A stretch of 64,000 nt of DNA from Octopus sinensis (Eukaryota). The stretch is from NCBI RefSeq assembly GCF_006345805.1, contig NC_043011.1:24812464-24876463 (forward strand), read 5' to 3'. The position numbers were made by a program, and so were the translations under genes. This document shows, piece by piece, positions 1 through 11,446 of the stretch. The notes beneath the pieces are model-generated. The model did no database searches. It was not told where the DNA came from and saw nothing but the letters and a program-made list of their open reading frames with translations. Position 1 is the stretch's first letter. Each line of letters begins with the position of its first letter.

Positions 1-2711
1 ATGAATATGGTACCAAGCTCTCTCTCTTTCTCTTTCCTTTTTTTTTTTCAATGAAAATTAGAACTAATGGTCCAAATTGACTAATGCTTTTATGTTCTCT
101 CTCTTTCACACATACACACAGATAGATAAATTAAGTCATTTTTTTAAAAAAATCTTGTTCAAAAATATGGATAATCACAAGATATTTTATGACTAAGGTT
201 TTAAGATTTGTATCCAACTTGTGACAGCAACAGCAAGCAATAATAATAGAAAGAAATCTTGTTTGAAATAATTTTTAGTTTTTAAAACTTAACAGATGGC
301 TCTACATAAATTTTCTGTGCTTATCAATCAGTATTTTGATGTCTGATAAATTTAATATGTATCATCAATTCCTTGTATGTATTTTACCATGGCATGGATT
401 GTATATCTAAGTGTTACTATTGAATAATGCTTGAACTCTGGATGTGCAGATCATTAGGTAAAAAGCTTGCTTTAAATTTAAGCAAGTTGCATTAATTCAC
501 ATCTTATTTTTCGTTACTTCATGGTTGGGTTGAGCTGGCTTTGAAAACAAGTGACCGCTTACTTCACTAATTCATGTCAAAATGCAAAACTGTCTAACCC
601 ATCCAGCCTAAAAGAATTTATAAAAATTGAAAGAAAAATTTCTTTGCACTTATCTAAAACATTTACTTCTACCTAAACCAAGCTTACTGTTAATTAATTA
701 CTTTCTCCAAGATTCTTGATTTACCAACGAATGACTAATCTTTTGCATTTATTCATTCAGTCGTAGTCATTTACTCTTGCTTTGTATCTTACTGCTCTTC
801 CATCTAGACTCTTTAACTCCTAGATAGTTTTTTTCTCTCATTCTCTCTCTTAAATTTAATTTGCATTAATCAAGAGCCACTTGGTCTTTTTTTGAAGAGT
901 TTAATTGGTGGGAAATTAGCTTAATGATTTTTAGAAAAGTCTCTTAAGGATGATTGACAGTAAGGTTAGGAAAGTTGTACAGGTTTTAAGAATTTCATTT
1001 TTGTAGTAAGTGTGAGGGGTGATGTTTACATAGTCTTAGAAACTGCCTTTGTGTGTGTGTGTGTGTGTTTATTTATCTCAGTTTAATGCTCATTTGTAAT
1101 CATAAATTCTGGTGTATACATATAGGACTGTTTTTATAATTTAAGTTCTAACCACATCACATTGACTATATACCTCCAATTTTCATAATGCTTATCTCTG
1201 ATTTTGTGCTAAGATTTTAGGATCTTTGCCAATTTTTTCATAAAATTAGTATTAAGTATTGCTGGAACTATTGGCAGAAATTAAAGCTTGAACTTGGGAG
1301 TTATTCTTTATATGAGGGATTTTTGTTGTTGTTTTTTTTTTTTAAATCTGTTGTTACCTATTCATTTGAATGACACTTCAAGTAAATTCTCTATCTAATC
1401 ATAATTATTATATCCCCTGTAACAATATGTCAAGGAGGTAATTTAAAAATTAGATGTATCAAGTATTCCATAAGCCTTGGTGAGCTTGTGATATGAGAAG
1501 GAAAGAGTGAAAGGAAATAATTGTTCATTTGTGGCAGATTGTGAGCAGAGCGAAAGTGAGCCAGAGATAACAGAAATGGGTTTTTTTAAAAAACAGATTA
1601 GTGAAACAAGAGAGACAGATAAACAAAGTGACTGACTTATTATCTATAAAATCAATGCCTTAAAAAAAAATTAGCCATGTAAAAGTTATGGTTATCAAAA
1701 TTATAATTTCTTATAAAACTTGTCAATTTAATGACCTAGATTTGTTTAAATTATTACTTTTCTAAAGCTAATTTTTTTAGTCACAGTTATCTCTAAAAGA
1801 AATATCAATTTCTAGATTTTCCTTGATGTTCATTTCTTCTTGGTTTTAGTATCAGTATTTTTTAATAAGGATTCTATGATAGCTTAGATTGATTGATATG
1901 TCAACATGTACTCAGTTTAAAGTAGGTATTTGTATGTATGAAGTTCTTGTATTAAATACAGCGATGAAGCATTGACCTGGCAGCAGTAAGGTTCCTGATT
2001 TCAACCTTACCTTTTCTTTTCCTTCAACTGCTAAGCTTAGTCTGCCAAAGTAGTGGGTTTGAATGAAAACTCTTATGATCAGCTCACTAGCTTTAACAAA
2101 CTGTCCCTTAACCAGGATAATGAAGATGGTATGTGTGGTTTTAAAGTAAAAATTGAACTATACTGAGATCTGGTTAATGAAATTAAATCCTTTTATAATT
2201 AATAAATTTCTTTCATTCATCTACAACTGTTTTTCTCCTGACCTAAAATAATAAAATGCACTTTGATAGTTGGTTATCCATGCCACTCAGTGCATGGAGA
2301 TAAATATGAATTTTTGTTTTAAATTTAAAACAAAATTCATTCGCATTTTATATTTCATTTATTTATAATTAAAAAAATTTAATTTACCCCTCCCTCTTTA
2401 TTATAGAAAACTGGTCTTGAGTTAATGATTTATTGAAAACTATTATAATGTGGCAATAAGTTTGTTTAAACGATGTCTTCTGTTCTGGCATAAGCAAGAT
2501 TTTTTTTAAATGGCTTTATAAATTTTGGTGTAAATTCATTTCTTTTTGAAAACCAGTTTTCTAAATAATAGCTGCTCTCTATATCCCCCAAATCAACTAT
2601 TGGAAGTTAATTTGACAAAATAACTTTATTATCGGAACGGGCTACCTCAAATGATATTCTATCATGCGCTATTTCGTTTTTCTTCATTGGGTGTGTGCCT
2701 GCCTTCCATAG

Positions 2712-2783
2712 ATCGTAATCGACCACAACTTCCCATCTCGTGTGCAGCTGACCTCTGGGACGTCTTCCTTGAATATTCTCCAG
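2712..2783 (+). CDS. Candidate 72-nt symmetric cassette exon of KCMF1
   Basis: tgcctgccttccatAG acceptor and CAG|GTAAAT donor. Open in phase 1-1 (RNRPQLPISCAADLWDVFLEYSP), which fits the exon at 4503. Locally GC- and CpG-rich. No recognised homology. Confidence 0.45.
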
Positions 2784-4502
2784 GTAAATTTTCTTAAATT
2801 TCCTTCCTTCGTTAGCACACAGTACTTGACCTTCTCAGTGTAGAACTCTCATAAATGCTTGGAATAAAGTCAGTTACTTGTGGTTGCTATATTTACCTAT
2901 TCTTCTATATCTATTATTAAACATATTTATTTGTTTCTTTTTATCCTTTTTTCCTTCTCAGTCAAAAGTAGTTGTTGCTCTTGTAGTTCTAATATTAAGT
3001 CTTCTCTGGTTAAAATGGACTTTTTGGTGTTTTTTTGCTATCTCTTTTTGCTCCTTTTCTTCGAAACAGTGTTGCCAAATTAGGATTTCTTTAATGTAGC
3101 TTTACATGGTTACATTAATGTTAATGTACAGATGTAAGTATCATTACTTGCTAGTTAGGTGTGCTACTGTATCCTGAATTATTGTTTCATTCCATAATCC
3201 AAATAATTTGGGCTGCTGTAATCTTTCCTTCAGGTTTTTGTCACAATTTTTGTTGAGGAAGCATCTTAGTTTGCTTGTTTCAAGTTTATATTTTGTATTT
3301 TTTTTTTAATACATACATGTAACACTGAAATTGATTTTCAAACTTAAATCCTTTAACAATGCCTGCAATATTTTCTCTTTCAATATTCTAATTGCTTTAT
3401 TATAAGAATTTTTTCTTTTTATTAAAATGTGGCTTTATTCCAAAATATATACATGTGTATATATGTATGTATGTGTATGTATATATATGTATACACACTC
3501 ACTCTCACACACACACACGGACCAAAACAACTCACAAATGCTAAATAAACAACAATTTATGCTGTGGACATCTTATCCGACTTTGGTACAAAACTTAAGT
3601 TTTGTGGGGTTCACTGCTTTATTAGAATACTAATTTTCTAATATTTGATTTCACATTTTTGCTGTTAATAACATCTTCAGTTCCTTGCAATTAACAGTAA
3701 GAAGTATTGCTTTGTAGTCATTCAATCAATGTACTATTGCAAAATTTCTTTTTAGTTGACATATTCAAATATTTAGTTGTTTTATTTTTTCATTTTTTAT
3801 TTCATTGTTTTTCTCTTTCATATTTTAGAATATAACAAACCAATAAATTTTTTATTGCCATGAAAAAGTTTTATCCCACAGGTTATCTTTGTAAGCCACG
3901 TGACAGATTGTTTATTTGTGTGTGTTTAACAAAAGTACATGATTTTAAAACTTAAATAGTTTTCCTTAATCTTTTTATTTTTCGTTAAAACAAAAAAAAA
4001 TCTTTTATTAAACTGAAAATACGTTGGAAAAAAATCAAGCAAATGCATCCGTTTCTCTTAGCCTTTGGTGTTTGTTCCAATGAATTGTTTGAAATAAACC
4101 TCTACCTGTCTTTAACTTTGCCACTTAGCATTCAAATTAGTTGTTACACAGGTTTATAACATCAGCTTTATCTGTCGTTAGGTTTCCCATATTTTGGTAG
4201 TGCTTACTAATATTGTCCAATACATAATAACACCCCAATTAATTTAAATATTCTAAACTGTTAAAAATAAAAAAACTATAAAGTTTGCAATCTTATATTA
4301 TGTTTGCATATATTCATTATTCAGGTTAAGTATAACTTTTAATTTTTTAAATCTGTTACTCTTCAGCAAAGCTTCTCTCACTTATTTGTGTTAGTCAATA
4401 ATAAGCAATAGAGACTATTAGTTTCTTAAGTCCATATGATTTTTATGTTTCTGTTTTTCCTTATGATTCTTACATCTTTGTTTCTTTTCTTTTTTTATAC
4501 AG

Positions 4503-4602
4503 AGTTATTATCTCAGCTGTCCAGCGTTCGAAGTCGGGCTGCTGCTGCCCAAAGTGTATCCTCCCAGTTGCAGCAGTTAGAAATGCAATTGCAGTCTACT
4601 AA
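4503..4602 (+). CDS. KCMF1: KCMF1 E3 ubiquitin ligase, internal coding exon
   Basis: Pyrimidine tract and AG at 4501-4502; GTAAGT donor at 4603. Translates (E)LLSQLSSVRSRAAAAQSVSSQLQQLEMQLQST, matching the KCMF1 motifs ELLSQLSGVRR and SQLQQLQMQLQ. Phase 1 to phase 2. Confidence 0.9.
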
Positions 4603-6883
4603 GTAAGTACTTAGTGTGAGGGTTGGTGTAGTATTTACTCATTAAAATAAGTTTTATATTTGTGATTCAATAGGAATCAAGCTTATGAGCCAATCTTAGC
4701 CGTTAAAAAATACATCTTTTTGAAATTCTTTATTGGGTTATGTTTATTAAATCTTAGAGTATTTTAATATTCTCCTTAATGTAAGTATTAAAGATCTTGT
4801 CCAGTCCATACCAGCATGGAACAGGAACGATGATGATCTTGTATATTTTCCTGCTGTGGTCAGTTTCATCGCTCCATCATATAGTTTAGTTGATGAAAAA
4901 TTAACCATTTCCTAATCAAATCAATCAAGCAAAGTACTCATGCCAGTGACACGTTAAAACACTCGGCTCACACTGTAAAATGGTTGGCATGAGGAAGGGC
5001 ATTCAGATTGGAACCCCAGGCAGCACTTTTGAGTCTGCTGTAGCCTTTTTTTTTTTTTTTTTTTTTTTTTTGTGGAGTCTGGAAGCGGCAAACAGAAGAG
5101 CAGCACACACTCTAGCTATGCTAGTGTGTGTGGGACTAAGCTGTAATGCTTTGTTGGCCTTTAGTATTCTAGGCAAATGAAGAATCTTGCTCTAAGAACA
5201 TCTGCAAATCCTATGATTTAAAGATTTTATTCCAGGCACAGGTATGGCTGTGTGATTAGAAGTTTACTTCCCAACATCATGGTTTCAGGTTCAATACCAC
5301 TGCATGGCAACTTGGACAAGTGTTTTCTACTATAGAACCAGGTAGATCAAAGCCATGTGAATGGACTTGGTAGACGGAAACTGAAAGAAGCTTGTCATAT
5401 ATTTGTGTCTGTCCCTGTACCACTTGACAACTGGTATTAGTTTATGTTCCCATAACCTAAGGGCTTGGCAAAAAGACCAATAGACTAAGTTCTGGACTTC
5501 AAAAAAAAAAAAGGAAGAGTGGAGTAGAGGAAAATCTTTAAAATATTATTCAGGTCAAGAAATGTGGGTATGTGGATTTTGTTCTGTATAAAGGAATTGT
5601 AAGGAAAGTTATGACTATTGGTATTTAATGGACATTAAAATATTTCTTTGAATTAAAAATTTTACTTTCAATATTTAATGAGCAGAATTTTTTCTGCACC
5701 TCCCTAACAGACATGTAGGTGATTGAACACCTTGATGAAATAATTATTACACCAGAAATTTTTTCTTCTCCATTGCAAAAAAATTGTTTTCATAATTTTG
5801 TTATATTTTTGTTGTATAATCTACCTTTCCATGCAAACTTATTTACTTATTTGTGCACCTTGACTAACATTTAAAAAACACTGAAATGATCTCCTGAAAT
5901 ATTTGTCTCCCTTGGCATTCGTTTCCTCATAAAGCAACTTAACCCTTTAGCATATATTAAAATAAAGTGAAATGTTGTAAGTATTGAGTCAGATACAATT
6001 ATTACTAGTTATTACTTTTTATGAATCAGTTTGGTGGTGATATACTGTATGGTATATGTAAAAAAATTTCAATTCTTAGTAGGAGGAAGTGAAAAAAAAA
6101 ACAACAATAACCTAACGGTGATTGTTCAACAAATTTCAATTCATTTGGAAATTTTTCACTATGCCTTCAGTACATCACTACATAAGGATATATATTAAGT
6201 AATAATTGGCAATAATTATAGATAAGTGTATGGCTCAATTATTTATTCTGCATGTCATTCAAACCCTCACCATCTAGCCGATTTAGCTAAATTCATGCAG
6301 CTGTCCCCCACTTAGGGTTATTTTCCTGATGGTAAGATTTGAAATACTAACCCTCTCAATTAGTCGTTTGGTACCCTATCCTCTCAGCCATTTGTATTTT
6401 CATTGTGTAATAAGCAGTTTAGATAAATAACAACAGTCCTATTAAAAGTTATGAAATGTATAAATGTGCACAGTTAGAACAAAACATTATCATATTTGAA
6501 ACTGCCACATAAATTAGATGGATAGATTACAATGTGAAAATAAGTGAATTGACTTTTGAATATCTTAATTTGTAAATCTATGAACATTTTGAGTGACCGT
6601 TTAATTCTACTTCGTTTTAGTGGGGTGGGGGCGCATTGGAGAGTCATTGGTGGAAATCTTAGAAATGAAACTCAGCTAGGAAAGTTCAACAGAAATCTTT
6701 GGATGTAAACACAAATGTTTATAAAATTATCAGTGTAATTGACTCCACATAAATTCATCCATGTGGTGGTTCATTTTTCCCTAGTTGTTTTCCATTATGT
6801 TGGTATCTGAATACTAATCAATGGGTCCATAAGATATAAAGAAAGATTGGCCCAACTGTTATATATATATATATATACATACA

Positions 6884-7053
6884 TACAATATTAGATATGT
6901 ACATATATATACACAATAGTACTACATGAGTACCTATATCGCTAAAAAATAGAAGTCAAAAATACTTCTGTACCACCAAAGTATTTTTTAGCAGTATAGG
7001 TACTCATGTGTAGTACCCTTGTGTATATATATATGGACATATCTAATATTGTA
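6884..7053. repeat. Fold-back inverted repeat, about 70-bp arms
   Basis: tacaatattagatatg...gagtacctata...aaaaaata is mirrored by its reverse complement. Sits beside a (TA)n run and abuts a SINE. Confidence 0.85.
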
Positions 7054-7425
7054 CAGGAGTGGCTGTGTGGTAAGTAGCTTGCTTACCAACCACATGGTTC
7101 CGGGTTCATTCCCACTGCATGGCACTTTGGGCAAGTGTCTTCTACTATAGCCTCGGGCCGACCAAAGCCTTGTCAGTGGATTTGGTAGATGGAAACTGAA
7201 AGAAGCATGTCATATATATATGTATGTGTGTCTGTGTTTGTCCCCCCAACATCGCTTGACAACTGATGTTGGTGTGTTTACATCCCTATAACTTAGCGGT
7301 TTGGCAAAAGAGACTGATAGAATAAGTACTAGGCTTCCAAAGAATAAGTCCTGGGGGTCGATTTGCTCGACTAAAGGTAGTGCTCCAGCATGGCCGCAGT
7401 CAAATGACTGAAACAAGTAAAAGAG
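7054..7425 (+). mobile_element. tRNA-derived SINE (abundant family, called B here), full length
   Basis: A-box-like GGCTGTGTGGTAAG, B-box-like GGTTCATTCCC, internal microsatellite, and the shared 3' end CAGCATGGCCGCAGTCAAATGACTGAAACAAGTAAAAGAG. Confidence 0.85.
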
Positions 7426-9124
7426 ATATATTTTGTTGATTTGCCTTTACGGCTGATAATTCGCTTACCACTCATGATGGTATTTTAATATTTATTGATA
7501 TATATGTATATATAACAGTTCATAACAAATAATTGCAGAGTTGGACTTGTTTGACATGTGACTTGAAATGATAATTATTAGTTTCATTAACATCATACTT
7601 CCCTTATTCTTCTCAGGGAACCCTAATATTACATAAGCACCTATATATGTGCGAGAGGAAGAGTGTGTTTGTGTTCATGATAAGGTTGTTGGCAACTAAA
7701 CTTAGCAATACCTCAGTGAAATCTTATCCTGGTGTGTGGAGGGTGAATTAATACTGTGACAAGACAACAATACCTTTGTACTAGGTTGAATGAACTCATC
7801 AATGAGTTAGTGGCTATCCAGCAAAGCTACAAATGGAACTCGACTTTCATTAAACCTTTTGAGTTTAGTATTGCTGATTCTCAGCTATGTCTTCATCCAT
7901 TTGTCTCTCCCGTGTATAGCCATTGTCTTTCTTCCAACTCAGACAGAAAAACCCCTTAGTAAATGCAAGGACCATTCCATGTTGCTTAAATGTGGTTATT
8001 GTCGAAAACCTGCCATTCATTGTGTTAGAAAGATAGAGAGGGTATATTAGTTTTCTAGTTCAAATATATGAGAGCTGTAACTATTTCATGTATCACTTCT
8101 TTCTACGTAATTCTTTCAACCTAATTTTTGTTTCTTAGTTTTAAATAAAGTTTCTCCTTTATTCCTCAGTCTTGCTAATGTTATAGTTTCTTATAGTTGC
8201 TATCCTTGCATTAGCAAAGGAGAAATAATTTATAAATCTTGAATTGAAAATGAGACATATATCCACTGATGAAATGCAAACCTCATATTTCTTGCTGGAC
8301 AATTGATATATGGTTTGTATTCCATCATTGAACCTACATTGGAATCTTAGATGTTATAGAATTAGAAGAGGGATATACCTTCTAGATGTTATAAACTTTG
8401 AATTATCTCACATCAAAGCCAATACTTAGACTAGCAGTTTTTTTGGGGTTTTTTTTTTGTTAATATTCTGTTGTTTGAAAAGCATGATTATGTATTTTTA
8501 ACTTGTTTCAATATATAATTAAAATGCAAATGTTAAGAGTACATGTATCATCATTGAATGTGAATTTCCTCCAACAAATTGACAGCATGTTGAATTGCAA
8601 TTTGGAAACTGCAATCATTTCATGTTAGATAGGGTTGTCTACACACAGGCAGTAATAGCTATATTTAGATGGCAGTTTGCAAGTGTTGTTTATGTTTGTA
8701 GCTGCTTGCTGGTGTTTTGTGGTTATATAATTTTTCCACCACTCTTATAACTGGTTCATTTCTTATGTATTTCTTAATTTTTTTTTTCTCATTTTGATTT
8801 CCAGTTTATTCAATGTGTAGAATCTCTGTTATTATACTTGGTTAGTTAATTTCAATAGAACTAAATGACATTAACTTTGTTAGGGTTTTGTTTTAGATAT
8901 TCTTTTGTAAAATCTAAGAATAGTTTGTAATAATGTTTTTATAGGCAGTTAAAACCTTTTGAAATTAGTTAGTAACATGCTCAGTCAGCATCAGTATTTG
9001 TTGTATATGGAGGAGACTTTCATCCAGTGTTGGACAGGAGCTACTAATAATAAATTAGATGAAACCTACATAAAAGGGGACCTAATATACCCTCTTATGG
9101 TTGTTCTAATTTCAGTCGGATCGA

Positions 9125-9217
9125 TGGTGTGATGACTACGACGCAGTCTGTAAATGCGTCGTCGACAGGTGGACTTCAATCTTGGTCGCGGTTTCAATCC
9201 TGGCTGGCACCTGACCA
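9125..9217 (+). ncRNA. Candidate intronic box C/D RNA (alternative: tRNA-derived relic)
   Basis: Box C GTGATGA at 9129-9135 and box D CTGA at 9211-9214. Terminal TGG/CCA stem in K-turn register; 8-bp internal hairpin ACGACGCA/TGCGTCGT. CpG-rich and sense to KCMF1. Confidence 0.4.
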
Positions 9218-11293
9218 CGGGTAATCAGTGATACGCCTTAGTTGAAGGTGTTGAAATCTTTACATGAGCTCCCACATCCTCCCTGATGCATCCAAACTAT
9301 GAATGAAACCAATTTGCATATATCTATATATATCACCTGTCTTGTTTATGGTCTGGTCCTATTTTGCTTAGTATCTAGAGCTGAAATAAACCATAAGCAA
9401 GGTTGTGTGTGATCTAAGTGTGCTAGTCTTCCATACTACAAGTGAAGTTGGGCATACTACTAGTTTAAGTATAAAGACTGCCTGCTTTTATTTATTCATT
9501 TATTCTATTTTCTTATGCAGAGTGAATTTAAAGACAAGTAATTTATTCCCAATAATTATGCAGTTAAGTGACTTTAAAGTAGAACAGACATCCTTATACC
9601 AATATTTGTTATTTTTGATTACCATTCTTATTTCAGAAGCTTATATTCTTCTGGGAAAAGTTTGCTAATCATTATAGTAGTGCCATTTATGTTAATTGTT
9701 TTACATTAAAATTAATGGAATTCTCCTTCAATTCATTATTCTAATGTTAACTAATATCCAACATAAAAACAAGTGTAAAGTTAAATAAATTCTTTAAAAT
9801 AGGGAAGTTTCTTGCAATCAAATAAAAACACGCACGCACACCCAACAATTTTCTCCTTAAAGGCATGTATTTTTACTGTATTATGTTAATTTTCTGGATA
9901 TGTACTTGCTAATTTTTGCCGCATGTTTTGGCTTTTTCTGCTAAATTGGATCTGTGTTTCTAACAACTTCTTATTTTGGAATTCTTGTTTGCATGATCTA
10001 CTAATCTCAACACGAGCTGCTGGCATTCATGGCATCTATATTTGTGTTAGGTTAGACTAGCATTATAAAGAATTTTTAACTATTGTCTCTATCTTTTCTC
10101 AAGTACAATCTAATATTACGTACATTTCAGATACTATTGTTTGTAGTTATGAAATATTTTAATAGTATGAAAAAGAATTTTTAATAATGGAATGAAAAGA
10201 TGATATTCCTTAGATAAGTGTGAACAAATGAAATAACATTAGGACCTGCAATTCTTGATTCATTTTATCCCATAGTGTTTTGTCTAAAATGTTTCAAATT
10301 AATCATTTGTTGAAAACATGAAGTTACCAATATATATTATTGTGTCTAATGGAAAGCACATCATAACAGTACAAATGAAAACCTTAAACACGGCATGTAG
10401 GGTTTATGTCTTTTGTTGGAATGCCATTAATGGAACATTATTTCAAATCTGTTGTTTCTTTCTATTTAGTTTCATCTTCCCTCTCTGATTTTTTTTTCTT
10501 TCTGCTTTGTCTTTTAAATTTTGTTTTCTTTGTTCTTTCTGTTGCTTGCTTGGCTTTCGGGAGTTAAGATTTATTTTTAATAACTTGAAAAAATATTGAA
10601 TTTTATATATATTTTTTATTTTATTTTATGTTCCCCTGGGTCACTTTTTTGTTTGTTTTTTTAAGAATTTTTTTCCCCATCTACAAATAATTTACTATTT
10701 TAATATTAACACAGTCATTAAAATATTTCAAATTGCTTTATTTTTGCTTGCTTTGGATTTTATGGCCATCAAAGCATATTACAATAAACAATCTAAGAAG
10801 AAATATTTCTCTTTTTATTCATTTGAGAATAACAAGATTTTATTATTAATAACATGATTCTAAGAAAATCATAGTCTTAGAAAGCAACAAATATAATTAA
10901 CATGATAAATGCCAGATTTCCAATTATTCTATACTTTGATATTAAATATAAGTTCAGAAAAGTGTAAATAATTTTAGATTAAACAGAAAATTTGGTTAAT
11001 AAATTTTAAATAATTCAATCAAATTATGTTGGTACAGTAAAGCTGATAGTTAAGAATGAATTTCATAATTATTTTCAAATCTCCTTAAATAGCTATAAGT
11101 TCATAAAGGATGGAATTGTTATTTATCTCTTTAGAGGAAAAAAAAAAAAGAGGAAATGTCAAATGGCTGTTAAATAATAATTGCTATTTTCGCTTTTTGT
11201 TAATTTCATTTTATTTTCTGCTTGTATACAAATTTTAAAACTCAACCACTGTCTTCTTTTTAATCTTGAAATATCAATTCTTTTTCTTTTCAG

Positions 11294-11446
11294 ACAACAA
11301 TTAGAACGATTACCTAGAAGACAAGCTGAAATTCCCAAGCCCCCAGCTGTCACTACTACTACCACTACACCAAACAGTTCCACAGAACCACCAAGTGCAT
11401 CTAGCTCCAATACTTCAAATAGCAATTCACAATTTTTATTACCCAG
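11294..11446 (+). CDS. KCMF1: KCMF1 penultimate coding exon
   Basis: ttttcAG acceptor; AG|GTTTGG donor; 153 nt, phase 2-2. Translates QQLERLPRRQAEIPKPPAVTTTTTTPNSS...NSQFLLPR, matching KCMF1 QQLE and NSQFLLTR. Confidence 0.9.

Noticed and set aside
9126-9211. Functional tRNA (Sec-like CTTCAA loop)
   Set aside because: The anticodon and T stems pair poorly and the D region is far too long; at most a tRNA-derived relic.
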